Below are positions 18,787 to 26,912 of a DNA stretch of 64,000 nt, piece by piece. The stretch is from positions 7,071 to 71,070 of the forward strand of contig CASFPN010000024.1 of NCBI GenBank assembly GCA_949296425.1, written 5' to 3'. Source of the DNA: an uncultured bacterium. Its GTDB lineage: Bacteria > Cyanobacteriota > Vampirovibrionia > Gastranaerophilales > Gastranaerophilaceae. The notes beneath the pieces are model-generated. The model was given only the letters and a program-made list of their open reading frames with translations. It ran no database searches and had not been told where the DNA came from. Each line of letters starts with the position of its first letter. Positions within the stretch are counted from its first letter, which is position 1. A program made the translations under genes and the position numbers.

Positions 18787-19720
18787 TTACAACCCCAAAA
18801 AATCATGCCAGTAATCACCGTCGCCGTCAGGGTTTTTGTTCATAACAGCATAAGGGGTGCAGCCATAACCGAGATAAATATCCGTACTTTCTTTTGAGGA
18901 CAAGGTACAAATTCTTGTATCATGGTCGCCTTCAGGAACAGGTTTTACATTGTTATCTTCTGTTATTTTAAAGGTATGAATATCATAACCGACTCTGTTC
19001 GGCCCTTTTTTAGGTCCGTTTATATCAACTATAAACCAGTGATAATTACCTATTAAAATACAGGTGCCGTCGTTAAGCATAAAAGCTTTTTCTGCGGAAA
19101 TAGCCCCTCGATGTATGTAACCGGCACCTGTTAAATTCTTCCATCCACTTCCACTAATTCCACATTTAGTGTTAATGTTATCTTTTTCACAAACAGTTCC
19201 AAGCATTATTTTTGCGTACGTTCTTGTTTGATTCATTAGGATTTCTGCTCTCTGAGAAACATCATTATCATATGAAAAATCATCATACGGAGATATTCCT
19301 TGTGCAACGAGCATTCGGGTTGCATTAGAAATACTGGAATATGCTTTTTTCAACTGCGATTCAAAAACCTTAGCACGGTGATGAGAGATTAAAGTAGGCA
19401 GAGTCATGGCTGCTACTACACCTATAATGCCGAGGGTGATTAAAACCTCTGCAAATGTAAACGCAGCTCGATGTTGCCTGTTCGGCAGGGCTACGTGCGT
19501 AGCACCCCTCTCCCTTAATCCCTCTCCCGAGAGAGGGAAAAGATTTACGATACTTGCTTCGCTTCTTTGCCTCTTGACATCTTTGCATCTAACAACGAGA
19601 TCCTGAAACAAGTTCAGAATGACGTAAATAGCTTGACCTCTTGACCTCCTGACATCTTGACCTCCGATTAGCAAGCAAGCCCCCCCCCCCGAAGTTACAT
19701 TTTTTAATAAATTTTTGCAT
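18787..19720 (-). CDS. Type IV pilin-like protein with long leader, frameshifted at a poly-G tract (putative phase-variable, OFF)
   Basis: RBS and ATG at 19720, 19 nt after the der stop; G11 tract from codon 11; body has AA|FTFAEVLITLGIIG and VDINGPKKGPN..G.D motifs; in frame with 10 G. Confidence 0.8.
19597..19623 (-). repeat. REP-like palindrome inside the pilin leader
   Basis: GTCATTCTGAACTTGTTTCAGGATCTC on the minus strand; related copies at 449-488, 29347-29403 and 50984-51050. Confidence 0.75.
19680..19690 (-). repeat. Poly-G tract (11 nt)
   Basis: C at 19680 plus ten C at 19681-19690 on the plus strand. Confidence 0.97.
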
Positions 19721-19738
19721 AATCTACCCCTTTCTTTT

Positions 19739-21070
19739 TTATTTCTTTTCTTTATCTGAACGCTCTCTCACCGAAAGCTTTATCGTAGTACCAAAAAATC
19801 CGAATGCTTCTCTCAATTTATTCTCAATATATCGTTTGTAATGGTCTTTCATTAAATCAGCATTGTTAGCAAAAATTACAATATGCGGCGGCTGAATACC
19901 TGTTTGCGTTACATACATAATTTTAAGCCTTTTACCCTTTGAAGACGCAGGCGGGTTAAGCATATAAGCTTCTTTTATGATTTTATTCAATAATCCTGTT
20001 GAAATTCGTTTTATACATTCGGCGTAAACTCTTTCAGCTTCTGTATATATATTTTGCAGCCTTTGTTTTGTCAGCGCTGATATATAAATTTTGGGAGCGT
20101 ATTCCAAAAACGGAATATCATTCGACAACTTTTTGTTATATTGATTTATCGTATTCGATTTTTTGTCTTCTATCAAATCCCATTTGTTAATCGCTATAAT
20201 CAAACCCTTTCCGGCTTCAGTTATTATTGATGCAATTTTTTTATCCTGATCAGAAATCCCTTCTTTTGCATCAATTACAAGAAGTGCGACATCGCAATCT
20301 CTGATTGAGCGTATAGCTCTGTCTACTGCAAATTTTTCAACCCCCCAATCAACTTTTGATTTTTTTCTTATGCCAGCAGTATCAACAATTACAAATTCTC
20401 TGTTATTGTAAATTATTGTACTGTCTATACTGTCACGGGTTGTACCTGAAATATCAGAAACTATCACTCTGTTTTCGTTTAACAGGGCATTAACTATTGA
20501 TGATTTCCCCGCATTAGGTCTGCCTACAATAGCAATTCTTATTGTTTTATCGTCTTTACGTTCAATATCACGCGAAAAATCTTCTGTAACCAAATCCAGC
20601 AAATCTCCAACTCCGCCGGAACCATGCAATGCAGAAATACCTATAGGATCACCTATTGCCAGCGAATAAAAATCATTCACCATCAATAAAGATTCAGGAT
20701 TGTCGGATTTATTCACGGCAAGAAAAACAGGCTTTCCAGATTGTCTTAAAATATTTGCAATATCATAGTCTACAGGATTCACACCTTCTTTGCCGTCAAC
20801 AATAAAAATTATTTTGTCTGCTTCTTCACAGGCAATTTTTGCCTGATCAAAAATAGAAATCATAATTTCATCTTCATCCCCCGGAACAATTCCGCCTGTG
20901 TCAATAACAGTAAAAATTTTGTTCTGCCATTCAACATCAAAATAAATTCTGTCACGTGTCACTCCCGGCAAATCATCAACAATAGAATTTCTTGAACCCA
21001 CTAAACGGTTTACAAATGTTGATTTGCCGACATTCGGTCGTCCTACTATTGCAACAACAGGTTTTCTCAT
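19739..21070 (-). CDS. der: Ribosome biogenesis GTPase Der/EngA
   Basis: Two GTPase domains (GRPNVGKS, GRPNAGKSS, DTGG, DTAG) plus a KH-like C-terminus; start MRKPVVAIVG at 21070. Confidence 0.97.
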   Translation of the reverse strand: MRKPVVAIVGRPNVGKSTFVNRLVGSRNSIVDDLPGVTRDRIYFDVEWQNKIFTVIDTGGIVPGDEDEIMISIFDQAKIACEEADKIIFIVDGKEGVNPVDYDIANILRQSGKPVFLAVNKSDNPESLLMVNDFYSLAIGDPIGISALHGSGGVGDLLDLVTEDFSRDIERKDDKTIRIAIVGRPNAGKSSIVNALLNENRVIVSDISGTTRDSIDSTIIYNNREFVIVDTAGIRKKSKVDWGVEKFAVDRAIRSIRDCDVALLVIDAKEGISDQDKKIASIITEAGKGLIIAINKWDLIEDKKSNTINQYNKKLSNDIPFLEYAPKIYISALTKQRLQNIYTEAERVYAECIKRISTGLLNKIIKEAYMLNPPASSKGKRLKIMYVTQTGIQPPHIVIFANNADLMKDHYKRYIENKLREAFGFFGTTIKLSVRERSDKEKK

Positions 21071-21170
21071 AAATTTATTATACCATATAAAAAAAGTAAA
21101 AACACTTGAAATTAAAAAAAGTTCAAATATAGCTATTGCTTTTTTAAGCACGATTATTTAAAATATTCTT

Positions 21171-21746
21171 ATGATTGAAAAAGCTAAAAAAGAACTTGAT
21201 AAATTGTTAGAAGGCAACAAAAATTTCGTAAACGGAACACCTTCTGTAAAAAATATGGCAGTTGAAACTTTAAAAAAATTTGCATTTCATCAAGAGCCTT
21301 ATGCCTGTGTTTTGACTTGTTCCGACTCGCGTGTTGTACCTGAAATCATCTTTGACTGCGGAATAGGTGAACTTTTTGTGGTGCGTGTTGCCGGAATGAC
21401 TACAGGACCTAATGTTGTGGAAAGTGTTGAATACGCCGTAAAAAAACTCCGTGTTCCGCTTTTAATACTTTTAGGACACGATGACTGCGGGGTAATGAAA
21501 TATGCAAAAGAACATTATCCCGAGCCGATGAAAGATTTTTCTTCAATTTTGAAATGTGTTTATCCGGTTTTAAACCATAAAGAAGATATAAAGTGTCACA
21601 ATTTTTTCGCTCAGGAACATACAAAATGGGTTAACGATTATTTGATGAAGCATTCGGTTATAATAAATGAAGCCGTTAAAAACGGCTGTCTGGAAATTGT
21701 TAACTGTCATTTTGACCACTCAACAGGACTGGTAAATATCATATAA
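21171..21746 (+). CDS. Beta-class carbonic anhydrase
   Basis: LTCSDSRVVPE.IFD...GELFVVRVAG, EYAV, GHDDCG Zn ligands. Confidence 0.93.
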   Translation: MIEKAKKELDKLLEGNKNFVNGTPSVKNMAVETLKKFAFHQEPYACVLTCSDSRVVPEIIFDCGIGELFVVRVAGMTTGPNVVESVEYAVKKLRVPLLILLGHDDCGVMKYAKEHYPEPMKDFSSILKCVYPVLNHKEDIKCHNFFAQEHTKWVNDYLMKHSVIINEAVKNGCLEIVNCHFDHSTGLVNII

Positions 21747-21772
21747 AAAAGGCGTTTATATAAACGCCTTTT
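21747..21772. terminator. Bidirectional terminator
   Basis: AAAAGGCGTTTA/TAAACGCCTTTT. Confidence 0.8.
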
Positions 21773-21775
21773 CGG

Positions 21776-22057
21776 TTAATTGCAAGAATAGTCATTTCCC
21801 CAGAGTTCATTGTATTTTTCCTGATTTTTTTCATGGTATTTCCGGGATGTACGTCTGTTGATATTTTTTATGTCTTGATTAATCTGTTTTGCAATAAGTA
21901 TCATGCTGTCACGGTTCTTTTTGTAATTAAATTTTCTTTTAACTTCATCTAATTTATGCCTGATAATACCGCTTTTCAAAACAGAAATCACGGCTGCAGT
22001 CATAATACCCGTTACAGCTATAAATTTTAATACTTTTACAAGATGACTTTCTTTCAT
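21776..22057 (-). CDS. Hypothetical protein with one N-terminal TM segment
   Basis: 4-nt overlap with the upstream gene; hydrophobic residues about 8-28. Confidence 0.7.
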   Translation of the reverse strand: MKESHLVKVLKFIAVTGIMTAAVISVLKSGIIRHKLDEVKRKFNYKKNRDSMILIAKQINQDIKNINRRTSRKYHEKNQEKYNELWGNDYSCN

Positions 22058-23355
22058 AACGCTTCCTCGATTTTGACTTTTCCCATTTCTTCGTAATCTT
22101 CAACGGAAACCGTGTTCGGAGCCTGAGCTTTTTCTTCCAACCCGCGTTTTAAAAGTTCGGGCTGTTTTTTGTGAAGCTTGTTGTCGGCGGTTACGATATC
22201 CGCTCCGAGTGAAGATTTAATAAGTCTTATTGTCTGTTCGGTGTAAGCGCCGTCACCGTTTACAATTTCCTGCGCATCATAGCTTGCCCAATCATCAGGA
22301 AGCTTATCTATGGTTGTATAACCTGTTCCGCCGTCAAGACGTTTATCAATTTCATTTTCTAAGATATTAGTAACGTATTCTTTCTGGGATTCAAAGTGAC
22401 ACGGAAGAACAACTTTTGTGCCGATAATTTCTTCAGGATCGCGTTTTTCATGTTTTTTAAGAAGATCAGCCGCGACCTGCAAATGTCCCAATTCAAAGGC
22501 AAGAAACTCTTCCCAAATTTGTTTAAGCTGTTCATCAACTTCATCTTTGTAGCAGTTATAATATGTACAAACTTCTGTAAATTCATGTAAAAGAAGTTTT
22601 TCAAACGGGGTTTCTTCAGGGTCAATTAAAGATTCATACATTGTAACGTGTTCTTCTTCAACATCGCAGATTTCTCCGTAAGTTCTTCTCAAATCGTCAT
22701 TTGCATACATCATGCCGTGTTCTGCGTAAAAATTATGTGTCTGCTGCTCACCCGAAACAAGAGTGTAAATATTTACTTTTGTCTGCGGAGAAGCTGTTTT
22801 TCTGTCATAGTGATCACGAAGTCTTATGCTGTTGTCGTTATGATGATTTTGTGTGGGGCGGCTTATTACAACGTCTGTCATTCCCTGTAAAATATTATCC
22901 GGTAAAATTCCGTCCATCATATAAGCCCACTGGCTGTATCTGTAAAGGTGATCAAAATCTTCAAGAAGCCCGAAATTAAATGTTTCTTTTACATAATCGT
23001 CAGGTTCATTTTGTGCCATCCAGGCTGTCAGGTCAACCGCGACCTGCTCATAACCAAGAGTTGTTTCAAGAACTGTCTGGCAGGCAGGAGTCATCCAGTT
23101 TACTGTAGTTTGCTGCATATCTTCAATTCTGCGTGAAAGTGCAATAATTTTCTTTATCTCAGGGTCAACGCAATTTCTTGCAAAATTGTGTTTGAAGTTC
23201 CATGCTTCAACTTCTATACCGTTCATCAAAATTTGCCGTGTTCTTGAATAGCAGTCAATACTGTGTTTGTCAAACGGTCTTTGTACAATTTTTTGCCAGC
23301 TTCTAAGCTGTTTTTCTACCGGTATACCTTTTTCTTCTAGTGGATTAAATGTCAT
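22054..23355 (-). CDS. Tandem ferritin-like (di-iron) domain protein
   Basis: Repeated ExxH-type motifs EDFDH, EEEH, ELGH; also EVEAWNFKH, GEQQTH. Confidence 0.6.
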   Translation of the reverse strand: MTFNPLEEKGIPVEKQLRSWQKIVQRPFDKHSIDCYSRTRQILMNGIEVEAWNFKHNFARNCVDPEIKKIIALSRRIEDMQQTTVNWMTPACQTVLETTLGYEQVAVDLTAWMAQNEPDDYVKETFNFGLLEDFDHLYRYSQWAYMMDGILPDNILQGMTDVVISRPTQNHHNDNSIRLRDHYDRKTASPQTKVNIYTLVSGEQQTHNFYAEHGMMYANDDLRRTYGEICDVEEEHVTMYESLIDPEETPFEKLLLHEFTEVCTYYNCYKDEVDEQLKQIWEEFLAFELGHLQVAADLLKKHEKRDPEEIIGTKVVLPCHFESQKEYVTNILENEIDKRLDGGTGYTTIDKLPDDWASYDAQEIVNGDGAYTEQTIRLIKSSLGADIVTADNKLHKKQPELLKRGLEEKAQAPNTVSVEDYEEMGKVKIEEAL

Positions 23356-23382
23356 TTTTATTCTCCTTGTATTCTGGAAGAT

Positions 23383-23473
23383 AGGAAGTTAAGATGTTAT
23401 GAAGATAGGCTATTATCGGTGCTTTGCACAAATTTTTAAGCTTACCTTCTTATCTTCTTACCTTCTTATCTTC
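23383..23473. repeat. Short purine/pyrimidine-biased tandem repeats
   Basis: GAAGATAGG x2 and CTTACCTTCTTATCTT x2. Confidence 0.6.
23413..23438 (-). promoter_or_regulatory. Possible sigma28-like promoter
   Basis: TAAAAATT-N10-ACCGATAA; spacer 1 nt short. Confidence 0.35.
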
Positions 23474-23477
23474 ATTA

Positions 23478-24851
23478 TTATTTCTCCAGCGCCCAGGCAA
23501 AAAGTTCGCCTGCACGCCTGTTATATTCTCTCCCGTCATCTTTGGCAAACAAATTTTCCCAGTGGCTGAAAGCTGTACCGTCTGTTGAATATGAAGGGTT
23601 TGTCATCATAAGATGATGGGTATTTGTGTCGTAACGCAGAGGAAACAAATCGTTCATCTGCATAAAACTCGGTAATTTGTCGCTTGCAAGATAATATCCA
23701 AAAAGTGCGGAATTTATACGGTTAAGTTTTTGTTCATAAGACAAACCGCCTTCATTGTTGTCATTGGTAACTTCTACACCAGGTGCATAAATTCTTGAAT
23801 ATTTAAGTTTTTCGGATAAATCTCTTACAACATAAAAATCATCACCTGTGATAAAGTCAGTTCCCGCATTAAGTCCCATATTTATATATCTTGCGAAGTC
23901 ATCGGAACTTTTTTCACCGACAAAACTTATATCAGTTTTACCGGAACGCCTCCTGATTTCATACAGAATATACTGCATCTGCGAATATTCAGGCAAAGCT
24001 CCGACACCTGTATAATTTCCCATGTCATAACCTCCGATATGCTTGGCTGAATCTATAAACATACATTCAAATCCTAAATTCATAAGTTTTACGCATTCTT
24101 GTATGTAAATTTCCTGATGTTCGGGATTTTTCCAGTCAAAAGTTACGTCATCTTTATAAGGTGTTGAAATCTTCATCTGATCTGCAGAAATCACATGCCG
24201 GAAACCGGTTTTTATCCCCCTGAAATGAGCTAAATCTACAAAAGCCTTTAATTGTTCTTCGGGAGAAATTTTATCGACAATTGAATAATCTATAATATTG
24301 TCACTGTAACTTGTGTTTAGACGCAGGCCGTAAATAGAATTTTCTTCTGCAGGTCCTTTTTCATAAGCGTCTCCGTAAATATTCTGCCAGATTTGAGATA
24401 AAATAATACAGTTAGCCCAACTTTTAGCCGACGGCGGAATTGCAGGAAGCAACTTTATACAGCTCAAAATTCCTTTGCAAGTGCATCCGTGATCCATATA
24501 AGCTATTGCCCTGTCATTTATCTCAATGTAATTTGCAAGCCTTCCCCAGTTATCCCCGTAATTTGGAGTTTCTATCTCGTCCGGGAATTTTTCGTAAAAA
24601 ATTCCGCCCTCTGAAAGAGTTGCAATAATTTCCACAGCTTCTTTAACAGACAGCTTTAACAAATCCGCAGGAACAATATTACAAAGCCAGCGTTTTTTGT
24701 ATGCATTGCCTATGCCATGAAAAGCTATGTAATCGGAAAATTCATTACGTTTAAGCTTTGTCTTTTCGCCTAGCGCTTTTAATAATTTGTTTACGGCATT
24801 ATGTTTTTTCATAACATAATTACTTATAAAAAAATCCAAAATAAAATTCAT
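23478..24851 (-). CDS. Divergent GH13 (alpha-amylase family)-like protein
   Basis: GFECMFIDSAKH (cf. GFDGFRIDAAKH), FVGEK, VTNDN catalytic-region analogues. Confidence 0.55.
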   Translation of the reverse strand: MNFILDFFISNYVMKKHNAVNKLLKALGEKTKLKRNEFSDYIAFHGIGNAYKKRWLCNIVPADLLKLSVKEAVEIIATLSEGGIFYEKFPDEIETPNYGDNWGRLANYIEINDRAIAYMDHGCTCKGILSCIKLLPAIPPSAKSWANCIILSQIWQNIYGDAYEKGPAEENSIYGLRLNTSYSDNIIDYSIVDKISPEEQLKAFVDLAHFRGIKTGFRHVISADQMKISTPYKDDVTFDWKNPEHQEIYIQECVKLMNLGFECMFIDSAKHIGGYDMGNYTGVGALPEYSQMQYILYEIRRRSGKTDISFVGEKSSDDFARYINMGLNAGTDFITGDDFYVVRDLSEKLKYSRIYAPGVEVTNDNNEGGLSYEQKLNRINSALFGYYLASDKLPSFMQMNDLFPLRYDTNTHHLMMTNPSYSTDGTAFSHWENLFAKDDGREYNRRAGELFAWALEK

Positions 24852-24979
24852 TCCCTAAAAAGACAATTTAAAGCTATCATTGAAAAATTATCCGTCAAAA
24901 AATAAAAAAAATATTAATAAAATCTATTCAATATATTTTTAGTGCTAATATTTATATTATAAAAAGAAGGGAGTAAATA

Positions 24980-25489
24980 ATGATTAACGAAAAACTTGAA
25001 AAAGCATTTAATGTACAAATTAATAAAGAATTTTATTCGGAATATCTTTATCTTTCAATGCAGGCATACTTTGAAAGGTTAAATCTCAAAGGTTTCGTAA
25101 ACTGGATGTCCGTTCAGGTTCAGGAAGAACGCGCTCATGGTATGGGTATGTTTGACTATTTGAACCAAAGAGGCGGAAATGTTAAACTCGAAGCAATCGA
25201 CAAACCGGAAATTGACTGGAAATCACCGCTTGATTGCTTTGAACATATTTTGAAACACGAAGAATACGTTACAGCTTCAATTAACGAACTTGCGGATGTT
25301 GCGGAAGAAGTTAAAGACCGCGCGGCAATTTCATTCTTAAACTGGTATATTAAAGAACAGGTTGAAGAAGAAGACAACGTAGGACAGGTTCTTGCAACAC
25401 TGAAACTTATAGGCGATGACAAAAAAGCCCTTTTAATGCTTGATAAAGATTTGGCAGCAAGAACATTTGTTCAACCTGTAATAGAATAG
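24980..25489 (+). CDS. ftnA: Non-heme ferritin
   Basis: QINKEFYSEYLYLSM, QEERAH, FEHILKHEEYVT, WYIKEQVEEE. Confidence 0.95.
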   Translation: MINEKLEKAFNVQINKEFYSEYLYLSMQAYFERLNLKGFVNWMSVQVQEERAHGMGMFDYLNQRGGNVKLEAIDKPEIDWKSPLDCFEHILKHEEYVTASINELADVAEEVKDRAAISFLNWYIKEQVEEEDNVGQVLATLKLIGDDKKALLMLDKDLAARTFVQPVIE

Positions 25490-25502
25490 AAGTTAAAAAG
25501 AC

Positions 25503-25534
25503 AGGCTCCCGTTATATCACGAGAGCCTTTTTTT
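25503..25534 (+). terminator. Intrinsic terminator
   Basis: AGGCTCCCGT/ACGAGAGCCT stem plus T run. Confidence 0.7.
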
Positions 25535-25558
25535 GTATAAGAAGGTGTGTAGAAATGC

Positions 25559-26581
25559 TTAATTCCTGTATCCTATCCCTGCCCTGTAACCTGAAATAAA
25601 ATACATAAAAGGTAATGCAGGCTCTATCCACTTAAACCCCGACAAAATTCCCGCAGTTGCAATATCGTCAACATGCAGTGCAATATCCAAGACTTCCGGC
25701 TTTCTCTCACTGTATATTCCATTACCACGGGATTTTTCCCCAAACAAAGGATTTATAGCTTTTTTACTTATATAATTTGCAATATAACTTCCGCCGATAA
25801 TACCTGTTGCTGTAATTCCTGTTAGTATTACTGCAAGTTTTTTCATTGGCGTTAAAGGCTTTATCAATTTTGCCTTCTCAAACTGTTCTGAAAGAAAAAG
25901 GGCTGCACCTGCACCGACATTACATAGAAAAATGTTGGCAAGATACTGGTACAAACCCTCTTTGACCTTATTAGAGGTCCCTTTTCTATTGTTTGTATGT
26001 GTAACTGTGTCTGCAATTATCCCGCCTGCAACTCCGCCTGCTACAGGTATTAATCCCAAAAGAGATAACCGCTTAATTTCAGAAAAAATCTCCCTTGAAT
26101 TAAGATTTTTTTTCTCAGGCAAAATAACACTGAAAAGTTTTTCTTTCTCGGGAGATACAGGAAGTTTGCATTCTAATAATTCTATTTGTTTAATTGAAAG
26201 TTCTTTAAGTCCGGCTGTATGTAATGCCGCCAGAACTTCCCTGTTTTTCACTTTAACTTTTTTAAGAAAAGCTTCAACAGAGTCTGTCTGTAGTTTTTGA
26301 AGTTCAGATAGATGTGTTCTTTCCATTAACCCTTTAAAAATTTTTTTACCACCGATAGACAACCCCCTTGTTCCTAAAAGTGATGCCGCTATCGTTGATG
26401 ATATTACAATTGTATTTTTATAAAATTTTTGTTTTTTATCTTTTGTTGCTTTAGATTTTTTTAAAGAATCATAAATTCCAAACCCGCCTCCTGCACCAAT
26501 AAGCAGTGCCGGCATATTTTTATCTAACTTGTTCAAGACCATCGGTTGATCTATAAATTTTGCGACAGTTGAAATTTTCAT
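25559..26581 (-). CDS. Hypothetical membrane protein, Gly/Ala-rich helices
   Basis: 340-aa ORF with several hydrophobic Gly-rich segments. Confidence 0.75.
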   Translation of the reverse strand: MKISTVAKFIDQPMVLNKLDKNMPALLIGAGGGFGIYDSLKKSKATKDKKQKFYKNTIVISSTIAASLLGTRGLSIGGKKIFKGLMERTHLSELQKLQTDSVEAFLKKVKVKNREVLAALHTAGLKELSIKQIELLECKLPVSPEKEKLFSVILPEKKNLNSREIFSEIKRLSLLGLIPVAGGVAGGIIADTVTHTNNRKGTSNKVKEGLYQYLANIFLCNVGAGAALFLSEQFEKAKLIKPLTPMKKLAVILTGITATGIIGGSYIANYISKKAINPLFGEKSRGNGIYSERKPEVLDIALHVDDIATAGILSGFKWIEPALPFMYFISGYRAGIGYRN

Positions 26582-26912
26582 TTTTTTCTCTATTTGTTAG
26601 TCTTACCTAACTTTAAACTAAAAAAATATTTTTGTCAAGCAAAAAAATTTATGTAAACATTAATGAAAACCAGCTTGAAAAATTAAGGTTTATAAGTTAT
26701 ACTACTTATGTAGTAAAAAGTGTGTGTTACAAAAAGGATTTATGATTTTATAGTTTCTTTAAACAGCAGTCATGCCGTCTAAATGGCGTATTGTTTTTAA
26801 CACAAAGTGTTATAAAATAGTTTAAGGAATGTAAACTCGTATAGTTATATCAGGCAAAAATCATTTGTCAGATGTTTTATATAAACGAAGTGTGTTTAAG
26901 CAGGTGTAAGTT

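Noticed and set aside
19674-19674. TTG as the true start of the pilin-like gene
   Set aside because: Not fully excluded, but a stronger RBS and ATG lie at 19720 in the same position as in the paralog, which has no such fallback start.
24869-24898. TAAAGCTA…TCCGTCAA as a sigma28-like promoter for ferritin
   Set aside because: Spacer is 14 nt, too long relative to the 11-12 nt of the other copies.
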